A DNA stretch of 46,537 nucleotides from Pseudomonadota bacterium (GTDB taxonomy: Bacteria; Desulfobacterota; DSM-4660; Desulfatiglandales; B25-G16). Made by a program: the position numbers and the translations under genes. The notes below the pieces were generated by a model. The model was not told the DNA's origin. It did no database searches and was given only the letters and a program-made list of their open reading frames with translations. Positions 27,612 to 36,976 of the stretch are shown piece after piece; within the stretch, counting starts at the first letter, position 1; every line of letters begins with the position of its first letter. Location of the stretch: assembly GCA_030603345.1 (NCBI GenBank), contig JAUVXZ010000003.1:1-46537 (forward strand), written 5' to 3'.

Positions 27612-27772
27612 AGCAAGCGAGCTGTCAAGAGCCTTCCCTATCATCTCATTATCATTAAGGTGGAATGATCAGATAGAGTGTTATCAACAAGAAATACTGA
27701 GAACTTCATAAACGGTATCCTGTCACCTATCCGCTTCCCAAGTTGGATGGCTCGTAAAAGCCCAAATTAAGA

Positions 27773-28225
27773 TCATCCTCTTCGAACCACCTCGACGGTT
27801 CCTTTAGTTCCGTCAACGGTAAGGTAGTCCCCGTCCCTTATGGTCTTGAAGGGATCTTTGTCTAGACTGTCAACTACTGGAACCTCGATGTCATAAAAGA
27901 CACGGGCGAAGACCGGTCCGGCAAGTAATACGCCATCCGTTTTGCTGTTTACTATGGCCTTAGGCCCTACTCCTTGCATTATTGCTTCAAGCAGGGAAAC
28001 TCCACCGGCCAGAGAGCCTATGCTGAAGGGGAATACCAGTATCTTTCCCTCAAGACTCTTCCCAAATAGCTCATGCTTGGTATCTTCTATCTTGGAGAGC
28101 TTTCCTGAGAGAATTCCTTGCATATATGCTCCGAAGAAATTTATCGGTTTTGTGACGAGCGCCTCCCCTTTAGCAATTCCACGGTTGAGTCCACGGCCCT
28201 TGAGAACAACTTTACGCATCTCCAT
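27773..28225 (-). CDS. Aconitase X swivel/small subunit (DUF126)
   Basis: G-A-GEALV, HELFGKSLEGKILVFP...GS, VDGTKGTV. Confidence 0.85.
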   Translation of the reverse strand: MEMRKVVLKGRGLNRGIAKGEALVTKPINFFGAYMQGILSGKLSKIEDTKHELFGKSLEGKILVFPFSIGSLAGGVSLLEAIMQGVGPKAIVNSKTDGVLLAGPVFARVFYDIEVPVVDSLDKDPFKTIRDGDYLTVDGTKGTVEVVRRG

Positions 28226-28231
28226 CCCTCC

Positions 28232-29440
28232 TTAAGCCCTTCCACTTATGGCTGCTGCTATACATTCACGCTGACTTCCATACACAGCCCGTCTATAGTA
28301 ACAGATCTTGCCTGAATCGCTCATAAGTCGCATATCTGAGTAAGGATTGACGGCGTGGAGGCAATATATACACCCGGAAAAGAGTCTACCTCCAGCCTCC
28401 TTGATGATCTGGGCTATACCTTGTTGTTTAGCCAGATCGATAGCACCATTATGGGTGCAGACCCAAAGTTGAACCCCATCCTTCACCTTCTTTCCCTTCA
28501 ATAGCCTAGCAATTGACGCCACCTCTTCGAAGGTATAGTGAGGGCAACCAACACCAACAATATCTATCTCGCCTCCAGCTTCAGCACTAGACATCTCTTC
28601 CTTGGTTTTCCTCAGCACAGTATCGTCGATTTCAACTATTTCAACTGGTTTCTGACCTCCAAAGGCCCTTTCTAATGTAGGGGCTTCAGGCGTCAAACCT
28701 GGAATATGGTACATTGAAATAGCGCCTGTACTGGCAGCCGCGGCCCCCATATTCTTGAGGCTGGAAGTTGAAGCCTTCTCCTGAATACCGTCTATCACCG
28801 GGATCTTTGTGCCACATACCTTGCCAAGATAGTAGCCGATCGCAGCGAAGTCGTCCGACTTCAACCCTTTCACCTTTACATTACAGAGAATTTCCCCTTT
28901 CCTGTTTTTGTCAATGTGGAGTCCGCTGTAAACGGTTTTTCCAGTGATAGCACTCACGAGATCCATAAGGATAGGCTCCCTATTGGCCCTAGCGCCTATC
29001 ACGGAGTTTATGTAGATCACTGCCGAGGATTCTTCCCACGAGAGATGCTGACCAAACCTGGGAATGTTTCCATACACATAGGGGATACAAGTCCAATTAG
29101 GGATTACTCCCAGCGTCCTGTAGTAGCCCTCCAACGGACTTGAGCCTTGGAATGCTTCAGGAATGGATGGTGACTCTGGGTTTCTTGGGTCTGCAGGGTA
29201 AGGATTTACGGATGTGGGAACCTGTACATCCGCACCCAGATCGACGAACTTCTTCACAATACCTATATAGCCTGTACAATGGCGAAGCAGATCAACATTG
29301 CCAAGATGGCTTCCTTCTGTGGCTATTAGGCGTTCCGCATCCAATCCTTCCCCCATCTGGACTATCGCCTTCATAGCGAGCTCTACAGCTGGACCCATTT
29401 TGCCAGCGAGCATCTCTTCCTCTGTTTTTGTAAGCTGCAT
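28232..29440 (-). CDS. Aconitase X catalytic/large subunit (DUF521)
   Basis: LTKTEEEMLAG, TCIPY, WEESSAVIYINSVIGARANRE, GLTPEA, GCPH, DSGK. Confidence 0.88.
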   Translation of the reverse strand: MQLTKTEEEMLAGKMGPAVELAMKAIVQMGEGLDAERLIATEGSHLGNVDLLRHCTGYIGIVKKFVDLGADVQVPTSVNPYPADPRNPESPSIPEAFQGSSPLEGYYRTLGVIPNWTCIPYVYGNIPRFGQHLSWEESSAVIYINSVIGARANREPILMDLVSAITGKTVYSGLHIDKNRKGEILCNVKVKGLKSDDFAAIGYYLGKVCGTKIPVIDGIQEKASTSSLKNMGAAAASTGAISMYHIPGLTPEAPTLERAFGGQKPVEIVEIDDTVLRKTKEEMSSAEAGGEIDIVGVGCPHYTFEEVASIARLLKGKKVKDGVQLWVCTHNGAIDLAKQQGIAQIIKEAGGRLFSGCIYCLHAVNPYSDMRLMSDSGKICYYRRAVYGSQRECIAAAISGRA

Positions 29441-29444
29441 AGCT

Positions 29445-30443
29445 CTAAGACACCCCCCTGGCTTTTATTAACTCGACGTAGTCGTGTATGCACTCTGAGA
29501 AGGGTGTAGGTTTGTAGTTCAATTCTTCAATGGCCCGGGAGATATCAACCGGACCCATAAAGGGATAGGCAGGGTCGGGCTTTTCACCAACCCTAACATC
29601 CGCGTCAGGTTTATACTTCTTTATGATGTCTGCAAACTCTTCTAGAGTTCTCACCTCGCCCGAACCGATGTTGAATACACTGTGTTTGAGATCGTCGGCC
29701 GCGCAGGCTTTGGTTATGGCTTGAGCAACATCCTTCACATACACAAAGTCACAGGGCTGTCTACCACCTTTCTCCACAACCACCGAGTGTCCTGCAAGCG
29801 GGAGCTCGATCAGCCTTCTTGCATGGTCACTAAAGGTTGGATGCTTTACTCCTCGCCGAGCAAGATCTGTGAATCCATACACAGCCATGAGTCTTAATGC
29901 GACAAACTTCACTCCGTAGTTCTGAGCATACGCCTGCCCCATCTTCTCACACAACAATTTTCCTGCGCCATAGACGGTAACTGGATTGACCTCCCTATCT
30001 TCACTGGCTCCTCTCGCTTCCTTCGGCATGATCTGCCCGTAAACTGCAATCGAGCTGGTGAACACGACCTTAAGCTTAGCCATACGGGCTGCTTCCAGCA
30101 CACTGCTCATACCCATAATATTGACCCTGACTCCCAGTTCAGGATTGCTTTGGACCATCGTCGTGCCGAACCCTGCTAGATGAACTATAGTGTCAATCTT
30201 CTTGTCTTGAATTATAGTCGTTAATACCTTTGAGCTGGTCACATCTCCTTCAACAAATGTAATGTCGTCTCTCTTAATCTCAGGAGGTCTCGCGTCAAAG
30301 CAGACTACTTCAGCCCCTCGGTTTGTGAGGGCTTCCGTTGCAAAACCACCTATGAAACCTGTACCACCAGTTACAAGAATTTTTCTATCCTTCAAAGGTA
30401 GGATCATTGTATGTTCTCGCATCCATCTTCCTATTATTAGCAC
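29445..30443 (-). CDS. NAD-dependent epimerase/dehydratase (extended SDR); true start probably near 30407-30422
   Basis: VTGGTGFIG, HLA, TSSIAVYG, YGAGK, DFVYVKDVA. Confidence 0.88.
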   Translation of the reverse strand: MLIIGRWMREHTMILPLKDRKILVTGGTGFIGGFATEALTNRGAEVVCFDARPPEIKRDDITFVEGDVTSSKVLTTIIQDKKIDTIVHLAGFGTTMVQSNPELGVRVNIMGMSSVLEAARMAKLKVVFTSSIAVYGQIMPKEARGASEDREVNPVTVYGAGKLLCEKMGQAYAQNYGVKFVALRLMAVYGFTDLARRGVKHPTFSDHARRLIELPLAGHSVVVEKGGRQPCDFVYVKDVAQAITKACAADDLKHSVFNIGSGEVRTLEEFADIIKKYKPDADVRVGEKPDPAYPFMGPVDISRAIEELNYKPTPFSECIHDYVELIKARGVS

Positions 30444-30458
30444 ACAGGGTCAAAAAAA

Positions 30459-30487
30459 TTGACAACTAAGAGGATATAATTTAGAAC
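30459..30487 (+). promoter_or_regulatory. Putative sigma70 promoter of the ADH-Mo enzyme-AOR operon
   Basis: TTGACA, 17 bp, TAGAAC. Confidence 0.45.
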
Positions 30488-30560
30488 ATACACAACTTGC
30501 AGAGTCAAGCTATTCTAAAATTCACACTGTATCTTTTGCTAATTTAGATTTGGGGAGCTG

Positions 30561-31718
30561 ATGTATCGTATAGTCCAGCCCAAGATCCTTTATATGGGTC
30601 GAGGGGCCTTACAAGGCCTAGAGGAAATCCTGCGGTTGATGGAGCCGAGGAGAATCCTGATTGTTACTGGTCCGACTATCACGAAACTGGGCATCGTCGA
30701 TCGCGCCCTTGAGGCTATGGGATCGTATAAACATCGAGTGGAGACCTTTATCAATCCCAAACCAGAAGGGGATGTGGCGATTGTTGAAGAATGTGCTCAA
30801 AGGGTCCGGGAAAGGGGATATGATCTGATTGTAGGCATTGGAGGTGGCTCTCCCCTGGACGTGGCGAAAGGGGCAGCAGTTGTGGCAGTGCACGAGGAAG
30901 GAATGAGACCTCTCCTTGGTAGAGATCGGTTGATGAGAAAGGGGATACCTGCGGTTTTGGTGCCCACTACAGCTGGGGGTGGCACAGAGGTCACCCAAGC
31001 GGCAGTCGTACACGTTCCGGAGGAAGAGTGCAGGAAATCGATTTGGGACCCTCGCACCATGGCAGAGGCTGCTATCGTTGATCCAGAGCTCACATTGCAT
31101 ATGCCCCCAAGGCTTACGGCAGAGACGGGACTGGATGCCCTTGTGCATGCAGTGGAGGGCTATACAGCCCGTGACGGTAATCCTGTATCAAAGATGTATA
31201 CATCAGAGGCGATGCGACTGATTGGAAGGTATCTCGGGAGAGCATACCGGGATGGTTCGGATATGGAGGCAAGAGAGGCCATGGCCAGGGCAGCTACCCT
31301 CGCAGCCATTGGAGTTACGAACAGCGGGCTCGGAGCAATTCATGCACTTGCACTGGGACTGGACTCAAGGGAGGGCTTTAACCATTGTCGGACCCTGGCT
31401 GTGCTGGCGCCCTGGGTGATGAGATTCAACCGGGTTGGCAACGAGGTATTTTATGCGGACATCGCAAAAGATCTAGGAGAAAGGGTGGAGGGACTCTCCG
31501 TTGAGGAGGCCTCTCTGAAGGCCTCTGAGGCCGTCTTGCGCATATTACATGAGGTAGGGATGTCGTCCTGCCTCAAGGACTATGGGATAAGTGAGGATGA
31601 GCTGAGGCCCCTGGCTTTGAGGGCCCATATGGTTGGCCAGAGGCTTCTTCCCATGAACATTCGAGAGGTCTCTGAGGAAAACGCAATTGCTATATTCCAG
31701 GAGGCTTTTGGAACCTAG
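30561..31718 (+). CDS. Iron-containing alcohol dehydrogenase
   Basis: GGGSPLDVAK, PTTAGGGTEVT, DALVHAVE, GAIHALA...H. Confidence 0.92.
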   Translation: MYRIVQPKILYMGRGALQGLEEILRLMEPRRILIVTGPTITKLGIVDRALEAMGSYKHRVETFINPKPEGDVAIVEECAQRVRERGYDLIVGIGGGSPLDVAKGAAVVAVHEEGMRPLLGRDRLMRKGIPAVLVPTTAGGGTEVTQAAVVHVPEEECRKSIWDPRTMAEAAIVDPELTLHMPPRLTAETGLDALVHAVEGYTARDGNPVSKMYTSEAMRLIGRYLGRAYRDGSDMEAREAMARAATLAAIGVTNSGLGAIHALALGLDSREGFNHCRTLAVLAPWVMRFNRVGNEVFYADIAKDLGERVEGLSVEEASLKASEAVLRILHEVGMSSCLKDYGISEDELRPLALRAHMVGQRLLPMNIREVSEENAIAIFQEAFGT

Positions 31719-31753
31719 AAGGTTTAGGGATCGATTGAAAGGAGGAAAGTGTA

Positions 31754-34012
31754 GTGAAGAAGAGCAATGAGCCAGATAGAAGAGTACATACAGTGACATG
31801 GTCTGCAGGTCCTGGGTGTCACGGGGGATGTGGGGTGTTTATTGATGTCAAGGATGGGAAGTTGGTAAAAATGGAGGGAGACCCGGATCATCCTTACAAC
31901 AATGGTAGGCTTTGCCCAAGAGCTCTCACTATAAAGGACTATATCTACCATCCGGACCGGTTACAAAACCCCTTAAAGAGAACCGGCAAGCGGGGAGAGA
32001 ATAAATGGGAGAAGATCTCCTGGGATGAGGCTTACGACCTCATAGAGGGGAGAATGGAGGACATACGGGAAAAGTACGGGGCTGAGTCTATGCTCTTCAT
32101 CCAGGGAACAGGAAGAAACGTGGGGGGCTGGCTCCTGCTGCTGGGATATTCCTATGGAAGCCCGAATTGGCTCCAGGGAGGACTTACCGGCAATTCCTGC
32201 TTCCATCCCAGGCTTGTCTGTATGCGAATGACCCAGGGGGACTATACGGTGCCCGATTGTTCCCAATTTTCCCAAGATCGGTACGAAGATCCAGAGTTCG
32301 TCCTTCCCGAATGTTGCATGATCTGGGGACAGAACCCTGCTAAAACATGCAACGACGGATTCAATGCCAATTGGATCATAGACATGATGAAGAGGGGAAC
32401 AAAGACGGTGGTCGTCGATCCAGTTTATACCTGGATAGCCTCTAAGGCGACCATCTGGTTACAGCTTCGGCCCGGCACCGATGGGGCCCTTGCCCTGGGG
32501 CTTCTCAATGTCATTATCAACGAGGGCATCTATGACAAGGAGTTCGTCGAAAAATGGACCTATGGTTTCGACAAACTTGCGGAACGGGTGCAGGACTACC
32601 CCCCGGAGAAGGTTTCCCAGATCACCTGGGTCCCAAAGGAAAAGATCATCGAGGCGGCTCGACTCTTCGCAAAGAGTAAGCCGGCATCCATCCAGTGGGG
32701 AGTCCCGGTGGACCTGGCACCAGAGGGCGCCCTCGTGGCCAATTCCATCATCCACCTTTGGACTATAACCGGAAACATCGATATTCCAGGGGGCATGGCT
32801 ATTGCCAGAATGGCCTATGATGTTCCCCCTTACCCTATGAGCCAAGAGGCGATTGCAGAGTATTACGGCGACGTGATGACTCCCGAGCAAATGGCCAAGC
32901 GGATCGGTATAGATGAGTATCCCGTAGCCAAGGAATTTCACTGGAGAGCCCAGGCAGACATGGTCCTCGAGGCCCTGCTTACAGACAAGCCGTATCCCTT
33001 AAAGGGAGCCTGGATCGCTGGCAATAACATGCTTGCTACCTCGGCGAATCCGAGGAAATATTATGAGGCCCTGAATCGTCTCGATTTCATTGTGGTTGTC
33101 GATCTATTTATGAACCCGACAGCAGTGGCCTTGGCCGATGTGGTGCTTCCGGCGGCAACCATGGCCGAACGTGATGGCATCAGGGCCTGGTGGACACCTC
33201 TGAATGCCATGGAGAGATCCGTGGAGGTAGCAGGATGCAAACCTGACGAGGAGATCTGCTTTGAGCTGGCCCGGCGATTGAACCCCAATCTGAAATGGAA
33301 GAGTTTAGAGGACCTTTTTAACGATTTCTTAAGACCGTCAGGCATGAACTATGAACAACTGAAAGAGAAGGGCTGGGTATTTCCACCCAAAGGGCACCCA
33401 ACCCAGCCCTATCGGAGGCACGAGAAGGGGCTTTTGCGAAAGGACGGCAAGCCAGGCTTCAATACCCCCACCGGCAAGGTTGAACTCTATTCCACTCATT
33501 TCGAAAGGTGGGGCTATGATCCTCTGCCCTATTACGAAGAACCCCATATGAGCCCCTATAGTACTCCAGAGCTGGCTAAAGAATATCCCCTAATCCTCAC
33601 TACAGGGAGGCGAAGCGTCCTCTATTTTCATTCGGAGCATAGAAATATCAAACCCTTGAGGGAGTTGGAACCCGATCCGGTTCTCGAGATCCATCCTGAC
33701 ACGGCCTCTTCCCTGGGGATCGAGGACGGAGATTGGGTCTGGGTGGAGAATGCCCATGGCCGCTGCAAGCGAAAGGCCAAATATTTTCATGGGATCCATC
33801 CAAAAGTGGTCCAGTCCTCCCATGGCTGGTGGCTTCCAGAGAAGCGGGCCGAAGACCTCTTTGGTCTCTGGGAGGTAAACATCAATCAGCTGATCCCCGA
33901 TGGAACTCAGGCCAAGTGCGGGTTTGGAGGGGGGCAGTACAAATCACTCCTCTGCAAGGTCTACCGGGCCGATGAAGGAATCGAAGGGATTTATAAGAGG
34001 GAGACTCTCTGA
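31754..34012 (+). CDS. Cytoplasmic Mo/W-bisPGD oxidoreductase (DMSO reductase family; acetylene hydratase / catechol dehydroxylase-like branch)
   Basis: WSAGPGCHGGC...LCPR, HPDRL, ISWDEA, LRPGTDGALA, DVVLP, TPTGKVEL, FHSEHR; no Tat signal. Confidence 0.88.
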   Translation: MKKSNEPDRRVHTVTWSAGPGCHGGCGVFIDVKDGKLVKMEGDPDHPYNNGRLCPRALTIKDYIYHPDRLQNPLKRTGKRGENKWEKISWDEAYDLIEGRMEDIREKYGAESMLFIQGTGRNVGGWLLLLGYSYGSPNWLQGGLTGNSCFHPRLVCMRMTQGDYTVPDCSQFSQDRYEDPEFVLPECCMIWGQNPAKTCNDGFNANWIIDMMKRGTKTVVVDPVYTWIASKATIWLQLRPGTDGALALGLLNVIINEGIYDKEFVEKWTYGFDKLAERVQDYPPEKVSQITWVPKEKIIEAARLFAKSKPASIQWGVPVDLAPEGALVANSIIHLWTITGNIDIPGGMAIARMAYDVPPYPMSQEAIAEYYGDVMTPEQMAKRIGIDEYPVAKEFHWRAQADMVLEALLTDKPYPLKGAWIAGNNMLATSANPRKYYEALNRLDFIVVVDLFMNPTAVALADVVLPAATMAERDGIRAWWTPLNAMERSVEVAGCKPDEEICFELARRLNPNLKWKSLEDLFNDFLRPSGMNYEQLKEKGWVFPPKGHPTQPYRRHEKGLLRKDGKPGFNTPTGKVELYSTHFERWGYDPLPYYEEPHMSPYSTPELAKEYPLILTTGRRSVLYFHSEHRNIKPLRELEPDPVLEIHPDTASSLGIEDGDWVWVENAHGRCKRKAKYFHGIHPKVVQSSHGWWLPEKRAEDLFGLWEVNINQLIPDGTQAKCGFGGGQYKSLLCKVYRADEGIEGIYKRETL

Positions 34013-34377
34013 TGGAATATGGACTTTATATCGATTGGGAATGGTGCAGTGGATGCCATTCTTGCGAGCTTGCCTGTAAGCAGGAGCATAGCCTCAAAAC
34101 CGACGAATGGGGGATTCGTGTGGTGGAACGCCTCCACCGTGCGAAGGATGGCATCGTCAGCGAATATATACCAATCCCTACCGATCTCTGCAACTTCTGC
34201 ATGACCCGGGTGATGGAGGGAAAGCAGCCCGCCTGTGTCCATCATTGTATGACCAAATGCATGGCGTTCGGTCCCATAGAGGAGATGGCCAAACTGGCGG
34301 CAAAAAAGAAGAAGACGGTGGTTTGGGGGAGGACCTATCCCTCCAGATCGGAACTGATCTCCGGAACCTCTGCATGA
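34012..34377 (+). CDS. Small 4Fe-4S subunit of the Mo-bisPGD enzyme
   Basis: YGLYIDWEWCSGCHSCELAC...CNFC...PACVHHCMTKC; overlaps the upstream stop. Confidence 0.88.
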   Translation: MEYGLYIDWEWCSGCHSCELACKQEHSLKTDEWGIRVVERLHRAKDGIVSEYIPIPTDLCNFCMTRVMEGKQPACVHHCMTKCMAFGPIEEMAKLAAKKKKTVVWGRTYPSRSELISGTSA

Positions 34378-34510
34378 CCCGGGTGATGGATGGGAAGCAG
34401 CCTGCCTGTGTCCATCATTGTATGACCAAATGCATGGCGTTCGGTCCCATAGAGGAGATGGCCAAACTGGCGGCAAAAAAGAAAAAGTCGGTGGTGTGGG
34501 GAAAGATCCA
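34180..34510 (+). repeat. Diverged tandem repeat (period 173 nt) of the ferredoxin 3' half
   Basis: ATGACCCGGGTGATGGA...TGGGG at 34201 and 34374; the second copy is out of frame and opens ORF 34374..34559. Confidence 0.93.
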
Positions 34511-34643
34511 CTGGCAGATAGATCCCTCTTTTAGGGAACCGCCCTTCCACAAGAAATAGCGCCCCACTTTTCCCAGAAGTATGTCCACAAAAGAACACAA
34601 TCATAGACCTGCGAGCAGTGGTTAAAAGGGACAGTATACAAAG

Positions 34644-36494
34644 ATGCCGTATTTTTTTTCACTACTCAGGGTTGATCTGACCCAGCGAAAGTTCCGAGAG
34701 GAAAGGATCGATGAATCCATGATTCTCAAATTTCTAGGTGGGAGGGGCCTCGGAGCCAAGATCCTTTTTGATGAGCTAAAGCCCACAACTGACCCATTGG
34801 GGGCGGAAAACAAACTCCTCTTCCTAACCGGCCCCCTGATCGGTACTGGTGCTCCATGGTGCGTCAAGTACACCGTGGTGACCAGATCCCCGCTTTCCGG
34901 GACAATCCTGATGAGTCTGGCCGGTGGTTTTTTTGGGCCACGACTTCGTTGTACGGGATACGATGGCCTTATAATAGAGGGCAAATCGGAAGAGCCGATA
35001 TATCTTTGGATCCATAACGGAAGCGCTGAATTCAAAAAGGCTTCCCATCTATGGGGCATGAGCACGGAGGAGTGCCAGGAGGAAATCCGCGAGGAGTTGA
35101 GGGAGCCCAGGGTTCAGATCGCCTGCATTGGCCCGGCTGGGGAGAGGGCTGTTCGACTGGCCTGTATCATCAGTGGCAGACGCGCGGCAGGCCGTGGAGG
35201 GGCAGGGGCTGTGATGGGCTCCAAGAACCTCAAAGCTATTGCAGTAAACGGCACCAGAAAGGTTCCCATCCTGGAGCCCCAGGGCTTTAAAGAACTCCAG
35301 ATGGCTATTCGGAAAGAGGTTCCCAAGACTGATCGACTGAAGGTTTTTGGGAAATATGGCACGCCCAAGAACCTTTTACTGGTTAATGAAAGGGGCATAT
35401 TCCCGACCCGGAATTTTCAGGGGGGTGTGTTCGAGGGGATCAGGGAGGTCAACCACATAGAGCAACAGCGCAGGGTAATCAGAGAGGTAACCTGCCATGC
35501 CTGTCCGGTGGCCTGCGGCAACCTCACGAGAGCTGCGGAGGGGCCATATGAGGGAATTACAACCGAAGGGCCGGAGTACGAGACCTTCTGGGCCTTTGGA
35601 GCCCAATGCGGAAATAGTTCTATAGATGCTATTATTGCCGCCGACCGGTTGTGCGACCAATTGGGGTTAGACACTATCTCCACCGGAAACATTATTGGTT
35701 TTGCTATGGAGTGCATGGAGAGGGGGCTCCTGAAGCAGGAAGAACTGGAGGACCTGGATCTAAGGTTTGGGAACCACTCGGCCATGGTTGAAATGATTCG
35801 TCGCATCGGCTATCGAGAGGGGATAGGGGACATGCTGGCAGAGGGTGTGCGAAGAGCAGCAGACCGGATTGGAAAAGGTTCCCATAATCTTGTGATGCAT
35901 GTAAAGGGACTGGAACTGGCTGGTTATGATCCGAGGGGTGCCAAGGGAATGGGGATCGAATACGCTACTTCGCCAAGAGGAGGATGCCATGAGAGGGGGC
36001 TTGTCTCCAGAGAGACCTTCGGTGCCCTTCCGTTTATTGACCCACTGTCCAAAGAAGGGAAGGGGGCTGTGGTCAAACATGTGCAGGACGAGACAGCCGT
36101 CCTCGACTCCCTTGGGGTGTGTGTCTTTCCTCCCCATAACGATGGAATGGATATGACGGATATCGCCGGACTCCTTTCCTTTGTGTTGGGAAAGACTATT
36201 ACTCCAGAGGAGCTGATGGAGGCCGGGGATCGGATATGGAACCTGGAGAGATTGTTTAACATACGGGAGGGTTTCACAAGGGATGATGATACCTTGCCAG
36301 CAAGGCTTCTTAAGGAGCCTATGCCCGAAGGGCCAGCTAAAGGGCACGTTGTGGAGCTTGATCAGCTTCTGGACGATTACTATTTGACCCGCCAATGGGA
36401 CAACAATGGGATTCCCACACCTGAGGTGTTAGATAAGCTAGGACTCGCTCAGGAGGGAAGGAGTGTCCACCTCCATGGCAAAGGTGACTGTTAA
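34644..36494 (+). CDS. aor: Tungsten aldehyde:ferredoxin oxidoreductase family protein
   Basis: LGGRGL, RSPLSG, GRGGAGAVMGSKNLKAI, CHACPVACG, GPEYET, GLDTIS, YDPRG, RGGCH. Confidence 0.92.
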   Translation: MPYFFSLLRVDLTQRKFREERIDESMILKFLGGRGLGAKILFDELKPTTDPLGAENKLLFLTGPLIGTGAPWCVKYTVVTRSPLSGTILMSLAGGFFGPRLRCTGYDGLIIEGKSEEPIYLWIHNGSAEFKKASHLWGMSTEECQEEIREELREPRVQIACIGPAGERAVRLACIISGRRAAGRGGAGAVMGSKNLKAIAVNGTRKVPILEPQGFKELQMAIRKEVPKTDRLKVFGKYGTPKNLLLVNERGIFPTRNFQGGVFEGIREVNHIEQQRRVIREVTCHACPVACGNLTRAAEGPYEGITTEGPEYETFWAFGAQCGNSSIDAIIAADRLCDQLGLDTISTGNIIGFAMECMERGLLKQEELEDLDLRFGNHSAMVEMIRRIGYREGIGDMLAEGVRRAADRIGKGSHNLVMHVKGLELAGYDPRGAKGMGIEYATSPRGGCHERGLVSRETFGALPFIDPLSKEGKGAVVKHVQDETAVLDSLGVCVFPPHNDGMDMTDIAGLLSFVLGKTITPEELMEAGDRIWNLERLFNIREGFTRDDDTLPARLLKEPMPEGPAKGHVVELDQLLDDYYLTRQWDNNGIPTPEVLDKLGLAQEGRSVHLHGKGDC

Positions 36495-36765
36495 ATTCCA
36501 TGGGCTAATCATGGACAAGGATGTGGAACGAGCTGAGGAGTATGAGGTCACCCCTGGGACGACCGTAAGGGCTGTGATGGAGCTCTTCGTAAGGAGACAC
36601 CTGGCGTCCTTGAGAGAAGAGTCCCTTTCTGGTGACAGTGGAAAGCTATGGGAAACACACGTGGTGATGCTCAATGGGATCGGGCTCGTTCCAGAAAAGC
36701 AGTTAACAACAGAGGTCAAAGTAGGGGATAATATCTCAATTTTTCTTCCAGTAAGCGGAGGATAA
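36475..36765 (+). CDS. MoaD/ThiS sulfur-carrier protein
   Basis: C-terminal PVSGG; follows the AOR gene. Confidence 0.88.
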   Translation: MAKVTVKFHGLIMDKDVERAEEYEVTPGTTVRAVMELFVRRHLASLREESLSGDSGKLWETHVVMLNGIGLVPEKQLTTEVKVGDNISIFLPVSGG

Positions 36766-36854
36766 AGCCTAGGAAGTCTGATCCTGCTGCTCATATCTGC
36801 CGGAAAGCGGGACATCCTTAAAAACCAAGAAAGTCAATCAGCCAGGTGATAGCT

Positions 36855-36920
36855 ATTGTCTCTGAAGATTTTTCGACGCTCTATCCCCCGGATCATGATG
36901 TGGTGCAAAACACCGGGAGC
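36855..36920 (-). mobile_element. N-terminal relic of a Y1/RAYT (IS200-like) transposase
   Basis: Translates to APGVLHHIMIRGIERRKIFRDN, the typical N-terminal H-x-x-x-RG...IF segment of these transposases. Confidence 0.7.
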
Positions 36921-36976
36921 CTGCCCGCCATCAACTGCGCTTCAGGCGCGTTCCCCTTCACAATGCAAAGGGTCTC

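Noticed and set aside
13050-29440. Complete archaeal-type mevalonate pathway
   Set aside because: AcnX and UbiD are in separate operons 13 kb apart, and no kinase, HMG-CoA enzymes or ubiX are in the window.
34107-34559. 150-aa ORF as an independent gene
   Set aside because: Its N-terminal part is an alternative frame of the ferredoxin; only the duplicated tail is meaningful.
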